From: Reclinomonas americana ATCC 50394
Lineage: Eukaryota
Direction of reading: 5' to 3'
Assembly (NCBI GenBank): GCA_048213135.1
Contig: PS015009.1
Span: forward strand, 2,170,001-2,234,000
DNA: 64,000 nucleotides
The translations under genes and the position numbers were made by a program. The notes below the pieces were generated by a model. That model was not told where the DNA came from and ran no database searches. It saw only the letters and a program-made list of their open reading frames with translations. Positions 48,548 to 58,611 of this stretch are shown piece by piece. Position 1 is the first letter of the stretch. Each line of letters begins with the position of its first letter.

Positions 48548-49393
48548 TTATTTCTCACCATAAATCACCAGTGCACCCGAATCGATCACGACATTGCCGT
48601 CGGGAAATCTTTCTGCAACGGCTTGGTACACTTCTGTTTTTATTTTTTCTTTCATGGCATCATCCGCTTTACTTAATGCGGCTACAATTGGGGCACCGAT
48701 CTCTGTCATCATGTTCCAATAGGTATCGGTGGTTTTGGAATTGAGTTGTCCTGCTACTTCTTCCTGCCGGGTATTGCGGAATCCTGCTTCTGATAACAGT
48801 GCTGTCATAAATCCTTCTTTGGCGCAGCGAAACATGCCCGGAGCGCCCGGAGGTGGCGGGGGCAATTCCATATTCCTGTTGATGGTCCCCATAATGGCAG
48901 TTATCCAGAAATTCTTCTCGGGCACATTCCATACGGAAGTGGCCATTCTGCCACCCGGTTTCAATACCCGGAACATTTCCCTGGCTGCCATCAGCATGTC
49001 GGGGAAGAACATGAACCCGAAGCGGCAACTGATGGCATCGAAAGTATTGTCGGCAAAAGGCAGTTCACATACATCACAGGCTACGGTTTCAATATTGTCA
49101 ATACCCCGCCTGGTGGCATTTTCTCTTGCTACCTGCAGCATATCTTCCGAAAGATCGGTGATGATCACTTTACCGCCGGGCAGCATGGAGGCAATCGTCA
49201 ATCCCGGTTCCCCGGTGCCTGCAGCGATGTCGAGTATATGATCTTCAGGTTCGGGGTGCACCAGTTCGATGATCTTGTCGCCCATAGGTTTCAGGAAATC
49301 CATCGTCATATCATCCCATTTTTTCCAACCCGGGGCAAATTTGTTCCAGGAGGCTTTCTGCTGTTCACGAATTTCTTCAAATTGCTGTTCCAT
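48548..49393 (-). CDS. Class I SAM-dependent methyltransferase
   Basis: LDIAAGTGEPG, LPFADNTFD, CRFG.MFFP, VLKPGG. Confidence 0.9.
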   Translation of the reverse strand: MEQQFEEIREQQKASWNKFAPGWKKWDDMTMDFLKPMGDKIIELVHPEPEDHILDIAAGTGEPGLTIASMLPGGKVIITDLSEDMLQVARENATRRGIDNIETVACDVCELPFADNTFDAISCRFGFMFFPDMLMAAREMFRVLKPGGRMATSVWNVPEKNFWITAIMGTINRNMELPPPPPGAPGMFRCAKEGFMTALLSEAGFRNTRQEEVAGQLNSKTTDTYWNMMTEIGAPIVAALSKADDAMKEKIKTEVYQAVAERFPDGNVVIDSGALVIYGEK

Positions 49394-49791
49394 AACGCGT
49401 TTATTTTAAATTGAGAAAGTATTGATACCGGCAGCAAGACTGAGGAATGTTAATGTACAAAGTTTTACCCGGAGATGCAAAGGGTAAAGTTGGAAATATA
49501 TTTCCGCAAAGACATAACGATGGCAGGTACCAGCCTGGATATCCTGATCCGTGACTTGATCCTGAAATATCAATGAACAAGGGATTTTTTCCGAATGCAT
49601 GCTATTTTTTTTGCATGAGAAAATCTTTTCTCCGCCCAATCGTCCATCTTCAAGGGAAAAAATAAAAATTTACCAGCCGGCACTGACAGGAAAATGACTG
49701 CTTTTTCTGCCATCCCGTCATTTTTCCCGACCTTGTACGATATTTGATGCATCGAATTATTTCGATATAACCAAAACACCCAACACCCCGA

Positions 49792-51606
49792 ATGAAAGTT
49801 TTATTACAATACCTGAAGCCGTATAAATTACTGGTCATACTGGTACTGCTCCTTGCCGCGATCAACATGGGCTTTTCACTGGTCGACCCGATCCTGTTTG
49901 GCAAGCTCATTAACCTGGCGGCCGATTTTAAAGATGCTTCCAAAGACGGCAACCCGATGTCTGATGGCAGGTTCTTCTATTCCTTCTCCTGGAATGCACC
50001 CGGCGTATGGTTCATCGTCATCTGCTCCATAACGGTAGCCATGATCAGCCGTATCGCTAAAAATTTCCAGGACTATTTCCTGAATGTGATCATACAGAAA
50101 TTTGGCGCCAAAGTATTTACCGACGGTCTGCAGCACGCCATGAAACTGCCTTACCAGGAGTTTGAAGACCAGCGCAGCGGCGAAACATTGTCTGTACTCA
50201 CCAAGGTGCGGTCCGACGTGGAAAAATTCATGATCAACTTCATCAACATCCTTTTCGGGGTTCTTGTTGGTGTTGTGTTCGTATTTGTGTACGCGGCCAT
50301 CTTCATACACTGGAGCGTACCGGTAGCCTATCTTGTAGGGATATTCATTCTTACCTTGATCACCAATTTCCTGAGTAAGAAGATCAAACTCATCCAGAAG
50401 AACATTGTAAAGGAAACCACCGCGCTGGCGGGCTCCACCACGGAATCGCTGCGAAATATTGAACTGGTAAAAAGCCTGGGTCTTACCACGCAGGAAGTAA
50501 GCCGCCTGAACACCAATACATATAAAATACTCGGGCTGGAACTGAAGAAAGTGAAGCGGGTGAGGAGTATCGGTTTTATACAGGGAACCATGGTGAATAC
50601 GTTGCGCCAGGTGATCCTGTTCATCCTCATGTGGCTGATCTTCCAGGGTAAAATGGATGCCGGACAACTGGTAACGATGCAGATATTCTCCTTCTTTGTT
50701 TTCGGTCCGCTGCAGGAGATCGGCAATATCCTTCTCTCTTACCGCGAAGCGGAAGCTTCCCTGAATAATTTCCATAACCTGATGCAGAAAGCACCGGAAT
50801 CGGAACCGGCTCAGCCCAAACACCTCGGTAAGATTGAAAACCTTGCATTTCGTGGCGTTTCTTTCAAACACCAGACAGCTGCGCACAAAGCCATCGACAA
50901 TATCAGTTTTGATGTGAAGGCCGGTGAAACGATCGCGTTTGTCGGGCCCAGCGGTTCGGGTAAATCAACACTGATGAAATTGCTGGTGGGCTTGTACCGC
51001 CCGCAGGAAGGAAAGATACTGTATAATAACCTTGATGAGACGGAGATCCTTTTCGACGACCTGCGCAAACAGATCGGTTTTGTTACACAGGATACCAATC
51101 TCTTCAGCGGTACCATACGTGAGAACCTCATGTTTGTGAACCCCGCGGCATCGGAAGAAGACCTGAACGATGTATTGCAAAAAGCCAGTTGTACCAACCT
51201 GCTGGCACGTGCTGAAAAAGGACTGGATACCATGATCGGTGAAGGCGGACTTAAATTATCGGGTGGTGAAAAGCAAAGGCTGTCCATTGCCCGCGCCCTG
51301 TTGCGCAAGCCACGCCTGCTTATTTTCGATGAAGCTACATCGGCGCTGGACTCCTTAACGGAAGAAGAGATCACCGATACCATCAGGGAAATTTCTTCAC
51401 AGGCCGGGCAGATCACCATACTCATTGCCCACAGGCTGAGTACAATTATGCATGCCGACCGTATTTATGTGCTGGAAAAAGGTGATGTGGTGGAAACCAA
51501 CAATCATCAACAATTACTGGCAGACAAAGGCCTGTACTATGCAATGTGGCGTCAGCAGATCGGTGAAAGAAGGAGCAACAGGCTGGCGGAAGCCGCTGTG
51601 TCATAA
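49792..51606 (+). CDS. ABC exporter, fused permease/ATPase
   Basis: TMD plus GPSGSGKS, LSGGEKQR, DEATSALD, IAHRLST. Confidence 0.93.
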   Translation: MKVLLQYLKPYKLLVILVLLLAAINMGFSLVDPILFGKLINLAADFKDASKDGNPMSDGRFFYSFSWNAPGVWFIVICSITVAMISRIAKNFQDYFLNVIIQKFGAKVFTDGLQHAMKLPYQEFEDQRSGETLSVLTKVRSDVEKFMINFINILFGVLVGVVFVFVYAAIFIHWSVPVAYLVGIFILTLITNFLSKKIKLIQKNIVKETTALAGSTTESLRNIELVKSLGLTTQEVSRLNTNTYKILGLELKKVKRVRSIGFIQGTMVNTLRQVILFILMWLIFQGKMDAGQLVTMQIFSFFVFGPLQEIGNILLSYREAEASLNNFHNLMQKAPESEPAQPKHLGKIENLAFRGVSFKHQTAAHKAIDNISFDVKAGETIAFVGPSGSGKSTLMKLLVGLYRPQEGKILYNNLDETEILFDDLRKQIGFVTQDTNLFSGTIRENLMFVNPAASEEDLNDVLQKASCTNLLARAEKGLDTMIGEGGLKLSGGEKQRLSIARALLRKPRLLIFDEATSALDSLTEEEITDTIREISSQAGQITILIAHRLSTIMHADRIYVLEKGDVVETNNHQQLLADKGLYYAMWRQQIGERRSNRLAEAAVS

Positions 51607-51621
51607 AACAACCTCCTGATC

Positions 51622-51879
51622 ATGACATCAATTGAGATCCTGGGCCTGGCCGCGGGCACCATCACGTCGATCACCTTCATACCGCAGGTGATCAAAATCT
51701 GGCAAACGAAATCGGCGAAAGACCTTTCGGTCATAATGCTGATGCTCCTGCTCATCGGTACGTCTGCATGGCTGCTCTACGGCATATTGCAACGCGATAC
51801 GGCTATCATCTATACCAACAGTATGGTGTTGTCGATGGGGTTGCTGATGTGCTACTTTAAGGTTAGGTATAAAAGCTGA
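51622..51879 (+). CDS. SemiSWEET (PQ-loop) transporter
   Basis: FIPQVIK..QTKSAKDLS; three TMs. Confidence 0.88.
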   Translation: MTSIEILGLAAGTITSITFIPQVIKIWQTKSAKDLSVIMLMLLLIGTSAWLLYGILQRDTAIIYTNSMVLSMGLLMCYFKVRYKS

Positions 51880-51926
51880 CAACAGCTTAAAACCCCGGTC
51901 GTCTGTCTTTTTTGTATCTTTGCAGC

Positions 51927-52364
51927 ATGAGTACAACCAGGAAACCAGCGCCCAATTATTTCTGGAGCATCCTTAGCATGAAGTGTCCCAGGTGCCGCCG
52001 GGGACCAATGTTCAACAACAGCAATCCCTACAGCAGCCTGAAGTTGTCCCGTATTTTTGATATGCCCGAAAATTGTCCCGTATGCGGACAGAAGTATGAT
52101 ATGGAGCAGGGATTCTGGTACGGAACAGGGTATGTGAGTTATGCGCTGGCAGTGGCGGTATCCGTAGCCACCTTTGTGGCCTGGTATGTGCTGATTGGCG
52201 TATCTATCAACGATAACCGTGTTTTCTGGTGGCTGGGTACGAATACGGTGGCGCTTATTGTACTGCAGCCCTGGCTCATGCGTTTAAGCCGTGTTATTTA
52301 TATCTACTTCTTCGTAAAATACAACCCCGATTACGAGGCTACCAAGCCAAAAGAGTTTGATTGA
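51927..52364 (+). CDS. DUF983 family protein
   Basis: CPRC..G, CPVCG, GF.YG..YVSY; start set at ATG 51927. Confidence 0.82.
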   Translation: MSTTRKPAPNYFWSILSMKCPRCRRGPMFNNSNPYSSLKLSRIFDMPENCPVCGQKYDMEQGFWYGTGYVSYALAVAVSVATFVAWYVLIGVSINDNRVFWWLGTNTVALIVLQPWLMRLSRVIYIYFFVKYNPDYEATKPKEFD

Positions 52365-52370
52365 GTTTTT

Positions 52371-52485
52371 TATCGCAAAGAAATAAGTACGCAAAGTTAT
52401 CGCAAAGGAATAATTAGAAAATCTTGGCGTAACCTCCGCGTCCTCCCGTTCTTTGCGGTTAAAAAAAGTGGGGCAAAGCCCCACT
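52371..52485. repeat. Dispersed copy of the 19636-19881 unit with an inverted CGCAAAG left arm
   Basis: CGCAAAG x3 (52374-52407), then CTTGGCGTAACCTCCGCGTCCTCCCGTTCTTTGCGGTTAA and AGTGGGGC-AAA-GCCCCACT. Confidence 0.9.
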
Positions 52486-52515
52486 CTCACTATCAAAACG
52501 CTATGAGAAAAACTC

Positions 52516-54912
52516 TTACTTCTTCAACTCAAACTCCAGCGGAATATTCACTTTAACACTGAAATTCCTTCCCATGTTATAAACACCCGTTCTTCCTGTC
52601 ACCGGGTTTTCCGCCGCGTATTTCAAACGGCTCAGGTGGTTCTGGTAAGCCACATCGCCGATGTTGATCGCAGAAAAATAAATGCTGAACAAAGTTTTGT
52701 TTTTCGCATTCACCACATCAGTACCAATACCAGCATTCAGTAAAGTATAAGCCGGGGTTGCCGTCTCTGTATTATAAGTGCTGAAGACATTTTTTTGTGC
52801 AAACGTGTTATCAGCTTCAAATTTGATATAGCTGTTGCGCAAACGGCCACCAACTTTGTTGAAATTGGCCCTCAGCTCGCTCACGAGTTTAGCCGCGGGG
52901 ATGAAAGGGATGTCTTTATCTCCTTCAACAGCCTCGGAAAATCTTCCCCTTACATAAGAGAACGTGTTCTCAAAATGCAACCAGTCCAATGGATGCGGGT
53001 GAATGTCGATGCTGGCCTCAAAGCCTGCAAGACTTGCTTTTTTCTGACCAAACTGGAAAGCGGTGAGGTCTTCACCATTAACATTGATGATCGAATCGCC
53101 GCCGTTAACCGATTCCAGTTTGCTGTAAAAAATGAAGTTGTTGAAGTAATTGTAAAAACCGGTAATGCCCAGCGACAAGTGTTTGGTCTCAAAGTCCAGG
53201 CCGGCATCAAACTGCCAGCTGGTCTCGCTTTTAAGATTCTTGTCGCCATACTCATACCGCGAAGTGCCTTCGTGTGAACCATTGGAAGCCAGCTCGGGAA
53301 TGCTGGGGGCACGATAGCCGCGGGCCGCGTTCACTTTCAGGGTGAGTTGTCGTGTAAGGGCGGCACTCATACCCAGGCTGCCCGAAACATTGGAAAAGTC
53401 CTGCGTAAAGCCTGTTCCTTTTACTGCGCCCGCGTCCAGCAGGTCGGCTGTTTTTACATGGCGGGTATCAAAACGAAGACCACCGCTCAGGTTGAATTTG
53501 CCGATCGCTTTTTGTGCGTAGCCATAGATACCGAGATCAAACAGGTTGTAATCGGGCACCAGTTGTTCAACACCGCGGTTGGTATTATCCTGCTGCATAC
53601 CATTGATACCGATGGAAGACTTCCAGCCTTTTTTTTCAGCCAGGTGAAACTGTGCCGTGTAAGTAAAACTGCGCAGGTCGAAGTACAGCGCCCTTTCTGA
53701 AAGATCATCGGGGTTACCGAATTCTTCCCGCTGGTTGCGCTGGTAACCCAGGTTAAGCGAAAGCCTGTTCTTACCGATCTTGAAATTATTGTCCGACGCA
53801 ATCTTGAAATGACGGATGTGCTGGTAAGGCACCTGTGGTGTAGTACTTGTAAAATCGTCACTGGTGGCAGGCACTTCCGTTCCGCCTGCTATGGGCTTGA
53901 TGAAATGGCCATCAGCATCACGTTCCCCTTCCACCAGTCCTGTTTTCAGGTTGAACTGGCTTACGAGCAGGTGACTGTATCCCCAGTTGCCATTGTATCC
54001 CACATACCCACCTATGTTGTTCTCTTTGAATTTGGAATTAAAAACCCTGCCATCATATTTATTCCGGTAATCTTCCGCTGCCCTGTTGCTGCTGTACAGG
54101 TTCCAGTTAAAACCCTTGATATTGCCACCAACATTGGCGTTGAGCGATCTGAGGTTGTTGTTGCTCTGGTAATTACTGCCGATGTTGGCCTTAATAGTAC
54201 CGGCCGGAACAGGTACATTACTGATGATATTGATGACGCCGGCCAGCGCATCGCTGCCGTAGATGATGGACGCCGGTCCTTTAAGCAATTCTACTTTATT
54301 CACGCTGGCTTCATCTACTTCAATTCCATGCTCGTCGCCCCACTGCTGGCCTTCCTGTCGTACCCCATCATTGATGGTGAGTACACGGTTGTAACCCAGC
54401 CCGCGGATAACGGGTTTGGAGATGGCCGGGCCGGTAGACAGGGTAGACACACCACCGATCTTCGTAAGCGATTCGATAATATTGGTACTTGCCGCCTGCT
54501 GCAGTTCCTGCTTGCGCATAACATCAACCGCGAAAGGAACTTTTTTCACCTGCGTGGCGGAGGTAACACCGGTTACGATCACGGCATTGTTCTCAACGAT
54601 GGATTCGGTAAGGCTGAAATCTTTTTTGGTATCACCGCTGATGTCAATGGCAATGGCGATTGACTGGTAACCGATATGCGACACTTCCAGTAAGTGCCTG
54701 CCTTCGGGAATATTGAGTATGCTGAAGGAGCCGCTGGTATTGGTGGAACCACCGGTTTTGAGATCGGAGAAATAAACGGACACGCCGCTGAGGGGTTTCC
54801 CTGTTTTGGCGTCGGTAATCGTCCCGCTGAAACTTCCTTTAAGCTCAACAGCATGTGAGGTAAATGGCAGAATAACAATAACGAACAGTATAGACAGAAT
54901 ATATCTTTTCAT
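52516..54912 (-). CDS. TonB-dependent receptor, probably metal-related
   Basis: Signal peptide; KPVIRGLGYNR, QQWGDEHG, KGPAS..YGSDA.AGV, ELASNG.HEG, YQNHLSRLK. Confidence 0.9.
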   Translation of the reverse strand: MKRYILSILFVIVILPFTSHAVELKGSFSGTITDAKTGKPLSGVSVYFSDLKTGGSTNTSGSFSILNIPEGRHLLEVSHIGYQSIAIAIDISGDTKKDFSLTESIVENNAVIVTGVTSATQVKKVPFAVDVMRKQELQQAASTNIIESLTKIGGVSTLSTGPAISKPVIRGLGYNRVLTINDGVRQEGQQWGDEHGIEVDEASVNKVELLKGPASIIYGSDALAGVINIISNVPVPAGTIKANIGSNYQSNNNLRSLNANVGGNIKGFNWNLYSSNRAAEDYRNKYDGRVFNSKFKENNIGGYVGYNGNWGYSHLLVSQFNLKTGLVEGERDADGHFIKPIAGGTEVPATSDDFTSTTPQVPYQHIRHFKIASDNNFKIGKNRLSLNLGYQRNQREEFGNPDDLSERALYFDLRSFTYTAQFHLAEKKGWKSSIGINGMQQDNTNRGVEQLVPDYNLFDLGIYGYAQKAIGKFNLSGGLRFDTRHVKTADLLDAGAVKGTGFTQDFSNVSGSLGMSAALTRQLTLKVNAARGYRAPSIPELASNGSHEGTSRYEYGDKNLKSETSWQFDAGLDFETKHLSLGITGFYNYFNNFIFYSKLESVNGGDSIINVNGEDLTAFQFGQKKASLAGFEASIDIHPHPLDWLHFENTFSYVRGRFSEAVEGDKDIPFIPAAKLVSELRANFNKVGGRLRNSYIKFEADNTFAQKNVFSTYNTETATPAYTLLNAGIGTDVVNAKNKTLFSIYFSAINIGDVAYQNHLSRLKYAAENPVTGRTGVYNMGRNFSVKVNIPLEFELKK

Positions 54913-54983
54913 GATTAAACAGAATAGGCAACCAATGGCTGGTTAATGAATAAAATAAGAGAAGGCTGCCATAAAACGGCAGA

Positions 54984-55325
54984 TCAGGCATTGGCTGCGG
55001 GCGGCCCGCGGAGGGAAGAGGCAACAGGAACCAGGTAGGGAGCCTTTTCCTGTGACGGCGAGTTGATCACCAGGCTGGAGGTTACAGGTTGAACCAGCAC
55101 AGCCGGTTCGGGGAATGTAAAAGGCGTATCGACTACAATATTATCGCAATGGCAATTGAAATGTTCAGCGGAAACCGCTTCTTCACCATTGCCGGATATA
55201 TAACCATAGGTGTCGGTGTGCTTTGCGAAAAGATCATGCAGCCAGCGTTTGGGCGTTGCACTGAAAGTGAACAACAGCAGCATCGCCAGCGGCAGTACAA
55301 ATGATATGGATGATCTTTTTTGCAA
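54984..55325 (-). CDS. Upstream ORF with N-terminal TM/signal, His/Cys motifs and C-terminal LRGPP (CruR/DUF2946-like)
   Basis: LHDLFAKHTD, EHFNCHCD, SSLRGPPAANA*; ends 71 bp before the receptor start. Confidence 0.7.
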   Translation of the reverse strand: MQKRSSISFVLPLAMLLLFTFSATPKRWLHDLFAKHTDTYGYISGNGEEAVSAEHFNCHCDNIVVDTPFTFPEPAVLVQPVTSSLVINSPSQEKAPYLVPVASSLRGPPAANA

Positions 55326-55510
55326 TTCAGTGGTCAGGTTATGGCTGCAAAGTAATGACGATGTGTACGGACGAGCTTTTCTTTTACAGAAACGGTCGAT
55401 CCGGATGTTACCCGGTCATTTTTAAGTTTGCAACTATGATGCAAATATAGATATTCCTCTCAATAAAACAAATAAAGGATTTTAGGGAGCGCTTCAGTTT
55501 GATGCTTTTA

Positions 55511-55602
55511 GTCATCCCGACGAAGAGCCTGTCCCGATGAGGAACGATATCGGGAAGGGGTCTCTTTAATAACCGATAGATGCCTCGTTTCCTCAGCATG
55601 AC
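55511..55602. repeat. REP-like palindromic element with a nested 28-bp hairpin insert
   Basis: GTCATCCCGACGAAGAG[CCTGTCCCGAT...ATCGGGA]AGGGGTCT ... AGATGCCTCGTTTCCTCAGCATGAC. Confidence 0.75.
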
Positions 55603-55636
55603 CATAGGGTGGAATTCAAACCGGTGTACAACTGGT

Positions 55637-56371
55637 TCAGGACGCATTATTATTCTTCAGTTTTTTATAGAGGGATGCATCCACCTGGTGGCCGTCATTT
55701 CTGCGGGTAATGACAAGTACTTTATCTTCTTTGTGCTGGTATTCAAAATGAACAGGCTGTTCTGTAATATCACCGGTGGAGAGAAAACATCCTGTAAGCT
55801 GATTGCCTTCAATAGCAATACGGGTACAGATATCGTGGCTGGAATTATTCCGGAACCTCAGGTCTTTGTAGCCATATACAACAGTGGCATCGCTGCCAAG
55901 CGGGGTAAAACGTTCCGCCTCGGTATAGATGTCAACCGTGTGCGCATGCCGTTCGAGTATGGTGAGCCCCGATCGCAGGGCCAGGTAATAGAGTAGTCCC
56001 GACAACTGGCACAGTCCGCCACCGGTGGTAGCTGCCAATTCACCATCCTGCAGTGAACGGCTGGGCAGGTACCCTTTTCGTTCCGATGGATCACCCAGCA
56101 ACTGCCAGAATGAAAATATTTCACCCGGTCGTATGCGGACCTGATTTACCCTGGTAATGGCGAGCTGAAGGTTATGCCATTTATTCTGCGACGTGGGAGT
56201 AAGATGTATAGGTTGTGTAACGGTAACGACAACATGCAGGTTGCTGTTGTCCATATTGCTCCTGGCAAATTTCCGGTGATGACCGTTGAAGACGTCACCT
56301 GCTGAGCGCATCAGCAGCCTGATCTTCTTTTTTACAGGAGAAGGGATATAGTGTTTCCAGTGCTTCATCAT
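55637..56371 (-). CDS. VanW family protein
   Basis: NL.LA, PGEIFSFW, GGGLCQLS, ERHAH, DATVVYGYKDLRF.N; start set at ATG 56371 (ATGA overlap). Confidence 0.85.
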   Translation of the reverse strand: MMKHWKHYIPSPVKKKIRLLMRSAGDVFNGHHRKFARSNMDNSNLHVVVTVTQPIHLTPTSQNKWHNLQLAITRVNQVRIRPGEIFSFWQLLGDPSERKGYLPSRSLQDGELAATTGGGLCQLSGLLYYLALRSGLTILERHAHTVDIYTEAERFTPLGSDATVVYGYKDLRFRNNSSHDICTRIAIEGNQLTGCFLSTGDITEQPVHFEYQHKEDKVLVITRRNDGHQVDASLYKKLKNNNAS

Positions 56372-57036
56372 GATTTGCGGAACACGACTGCCTGGTAGGA
56401 GGCGTAGTTTTTTAAGAAAGTCCTGCACAGCAAACTGTCGAGCCGCTGAAAGAGGCCCCGGCAAAAAGAAGGCAGCCGGTGAACAGGAAACAGCATCAGT
56501 CCGTAATATTCTTCTTTTACCAGCCCGTCAATCTCCAGTTTCACGGCGTCGTAAGCGGTGCTGCCGTGCCAGCCTTCCCGTTTGCGGGAAAATAAATTCC
56601 GCCTGCGCAAAGAAGGAAAATCAAAGATGAAAATTCCGCCCGGTTGCAATACCCTTTCCGCTTCCGCGAATATGGTGAAGGCTGTCTGTTGATCGAGGTG
56701 CATGAATACATGAAAACTGAACAGCGTATCCATACTATCGGAAGGAAAAGGCAGTTTCGTGAGATCCGACAAAATAAAATCCTTTGCCGGCCATTTCTTC
56801 TTTGCCTCTTCCAGCATCGCCGCGCTGAAATCAACACCTGTTGACGCAAAGCCCGTCAGCCGTCCGGTACCACAACCCAGGTCAGCAGTATTTACATTCC
56901 TGCCAGCCAGCAACCGGGTGAGCAGCTTTACTTCCTGCTGATGAAGATAACGGCCATAGCTGTTGCCGAAACGATCGGCGTCATAGGCGCTTGCCAGGTC
57001 ATTGTAATAGGTCTGAACGGTTGTGGTATTACTCAT
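56368..57036 (-). CDS. Class I SAM-dependent methyltransferase
   Basis: DLGCGTG, GVDFS..ML, LPF..DS.D, VLQPGG. Confidence 0.88.
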   Translation of the reverse strand: MSNTTTVQTYYNDLASAYDADRFGNSYGRYLHQQEVKLLTRLLAGRNVNTADLGCGTGRLTGFASTGVDFSAAMLEEAKKKWPAKDFILSDLTKLPFPSDSMDTLFSFHVFMHLDQQTAFTIFAEAERVLQPGGIFIFDFPSLRRRNLFSRKREGWHGSTAYDAVKLEIDGLVKEEYYGLMLFPVHRLPSFCRGLFQRLDSLLCRTFLKNYASYQAVVFRKS

Positions 57037-57119
57037 ATTGCCGGTATATAAATGTACTCAAAAACAGGACTGATCTTTTCGCCGGGAAATAAATTATCTT
57101 CAAAGCAAATTCAACGGTC

Positions 57120-58610
57120 ATGCTTAGCTACATTCTCGCCTTCGACCAGGGAACCACCAGCAGCAGGGCTATCCTGTTTGACCGGAAAGGACAGATCGTT
57201 TCCCTGGCGCAGAAAGAATTCACACAACATTTCCCCGAGCCCGGCTGGGTGGAACACGATGCCGCGGAAATATGGAGCACGCAACTGGGTGTGGCAGTGG
57301 AAGCCATTACCAAAGCGGGGCTCACCGCGGAAAACATCGCTGCCATTGGTATTACCAATCAAAGGGAAACCACCATTGTATGGGACAGGCTCACAGGCAA
57401 ACCTGTTTATAATGCCATCGTTTGGCAGGACAGGCGAACGGCGGCTTATTGCGATGAACTCAGGGCACGCGGACTGGAATCCACGATCAGGGAAAAGACC
57501 GGGCTGGTGATCGACGCTTATTTTTCCGGCACCAAGCTTAGGTGGATACTCGATCATGTACCGGGAGCAAAAGATAAAGCCAACAGGGGCGAACTCTGTT
57601 TTGGGACAGTCGACAGCTGGCTAACGTGGAACCTTACCCGCGGACAGGTGCATGCCACAGATGTTTCCAACGCGTCAAGAACGATGCTCTGCAATATTAA
57701 TACCCTTCAGTGGGATGAGGAATTGCTGCAATTGCTGGATATCCCCTCGTCTGTTTTGCCGGAGATCCGCAGCAGCAGCGAAGTGTACGGGCATACACAA
57801 AATATCCTCACGGCACATCATATACCGGTGGCAGGCATTGCCGGTGATCAGCAGGCGGCCTTATTCGGGCAGATGTGTATACACCCCGGCATGGTGAAGA
57901 ACACCTACGGCACCGGTTGTTTCATGCTGATGAACACCGGCGAAAAACCCGTGACCTCGCGGCATAACCTGCTCAGCACCGTGGCCTGGCAGGTGAACGG
58001 CATTACGCAATATGCGCTGGAAGGAAGTGTGTTTATTGCCGGCGCGGCGGTACAATGGTTGCGTGACGGGCTCGGTATCATCAAAACATCAAAAGATGTG
58101 GAAGCGCTGGCTTCATCGGTGGCCGACAGCGACGGCGTGTACCTGGTGCCTGCCTTTGCAGGATTGGGAGCGCCTTACTGGAACGCTTATGCCAGGGGTA
58201 CCATCACGGGCATAAGTAGGGGTACTACGGCAGCACACATTGCCCGGGCGGCAGTGGAAAGCATCGCTTACCAGTCCATGGATGTACTGAATGCCATGGA
58301 AGCTGATGCCGGTATCGCTATAAAAGAATTACGGGTTGATGGTGGGGCCACTGCCAACAATGCCTTGATGCAATTTCAATCTGACCTGCTCAATTGTAAA
58401 GTGGTCCGCCCGCAGGTAACGGAAACCACGGCACTGGGAGCAGCCTACCTCGCCGGGCTGGCCGTGGGTTACTGGGAAAGCCTGGAAGAAATACAGGACC
58501 AGTGGCAGGTAGACAGGAAATTCACTTCGACCATGGACGATACCGAAAGAGAGCGTTTCACAAAAGGCTGGAAACGGGCAGTGAAGACAGCCGTGGCCTG
58601 GGCGGAATAA
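57120..58610 (+). CDS. glpK: Glycerol kinase
   Basis: [38 protein letters not shown]. Confidence 0.97.
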   Translation: MLSYILAFDQGTTSSRAILFDRKGQIVSLAQKEFTQHFPEPGWVEHDAAEIWSTQLGVAVEAITKAGLTAENIAAIGITNQRETTIVWDRLTGKPVYNAIVWQDRRTAAYCDELRARGLESTIREKTGLVIDAYFSGTKLRWILDHVPGAKDKANRGELCFGTVDSWLTWNLTRGQVHATDVSNASRTMLCNINTLQWDEELLQLLDIPSSVLPEIRSSSEVYGHTQNILTAHHIPVAGIAGDQQAALFGQMCIHPGMVKNTYGTGCFMLMNTGEKPVTSRHNLLSTVAWQVNGITQYALEGSVFIAGAAVQWLRDGLGIIKTSKDVEALASSVADSDGVYLVPAFAGLGAPYWNAYARGTITGISRGTTAAHIARAAVESIAYQSMDVLNAMEADAGIAIKELRVDGGATANNALMQFQSDLLNCKVVRPQVTETTALGAAYLAGLAVGYWESLEEIQDQWQVDRKFTSTMDDTERERFTKGWKRAVKTAVAWAE

Positions 58611-58611
58611 T

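Noticed and set aside
49394-49791. Possible ncRNA or riboswitch in a 400-bp divergent gap
   Set aside because: Only weak hairpins and no recognisable motif; cannot be supported without a covariance-model search.
19388-52496. ORFs 19388..19714 and 52284..52496 sharing NRKEREDAE
   Set aside because: The shared peptide is the dispersed repeat read on the minus strand, and both ORFs overlap real genes antisense.
12251-54663. Long antisense ORFs (e.g. 12251..13162, 14496..15398, 21661..22743, 49876..50886, 53809..54663)
   Set aside because: They are shadows of well-supported genes on the opposite strand, with no motifs of their own.
55637-56371. Vancomycin-resistance locus
   Set aside because: A lone VanW-family gene without vanHAX or vanRS; such genes are widespread.
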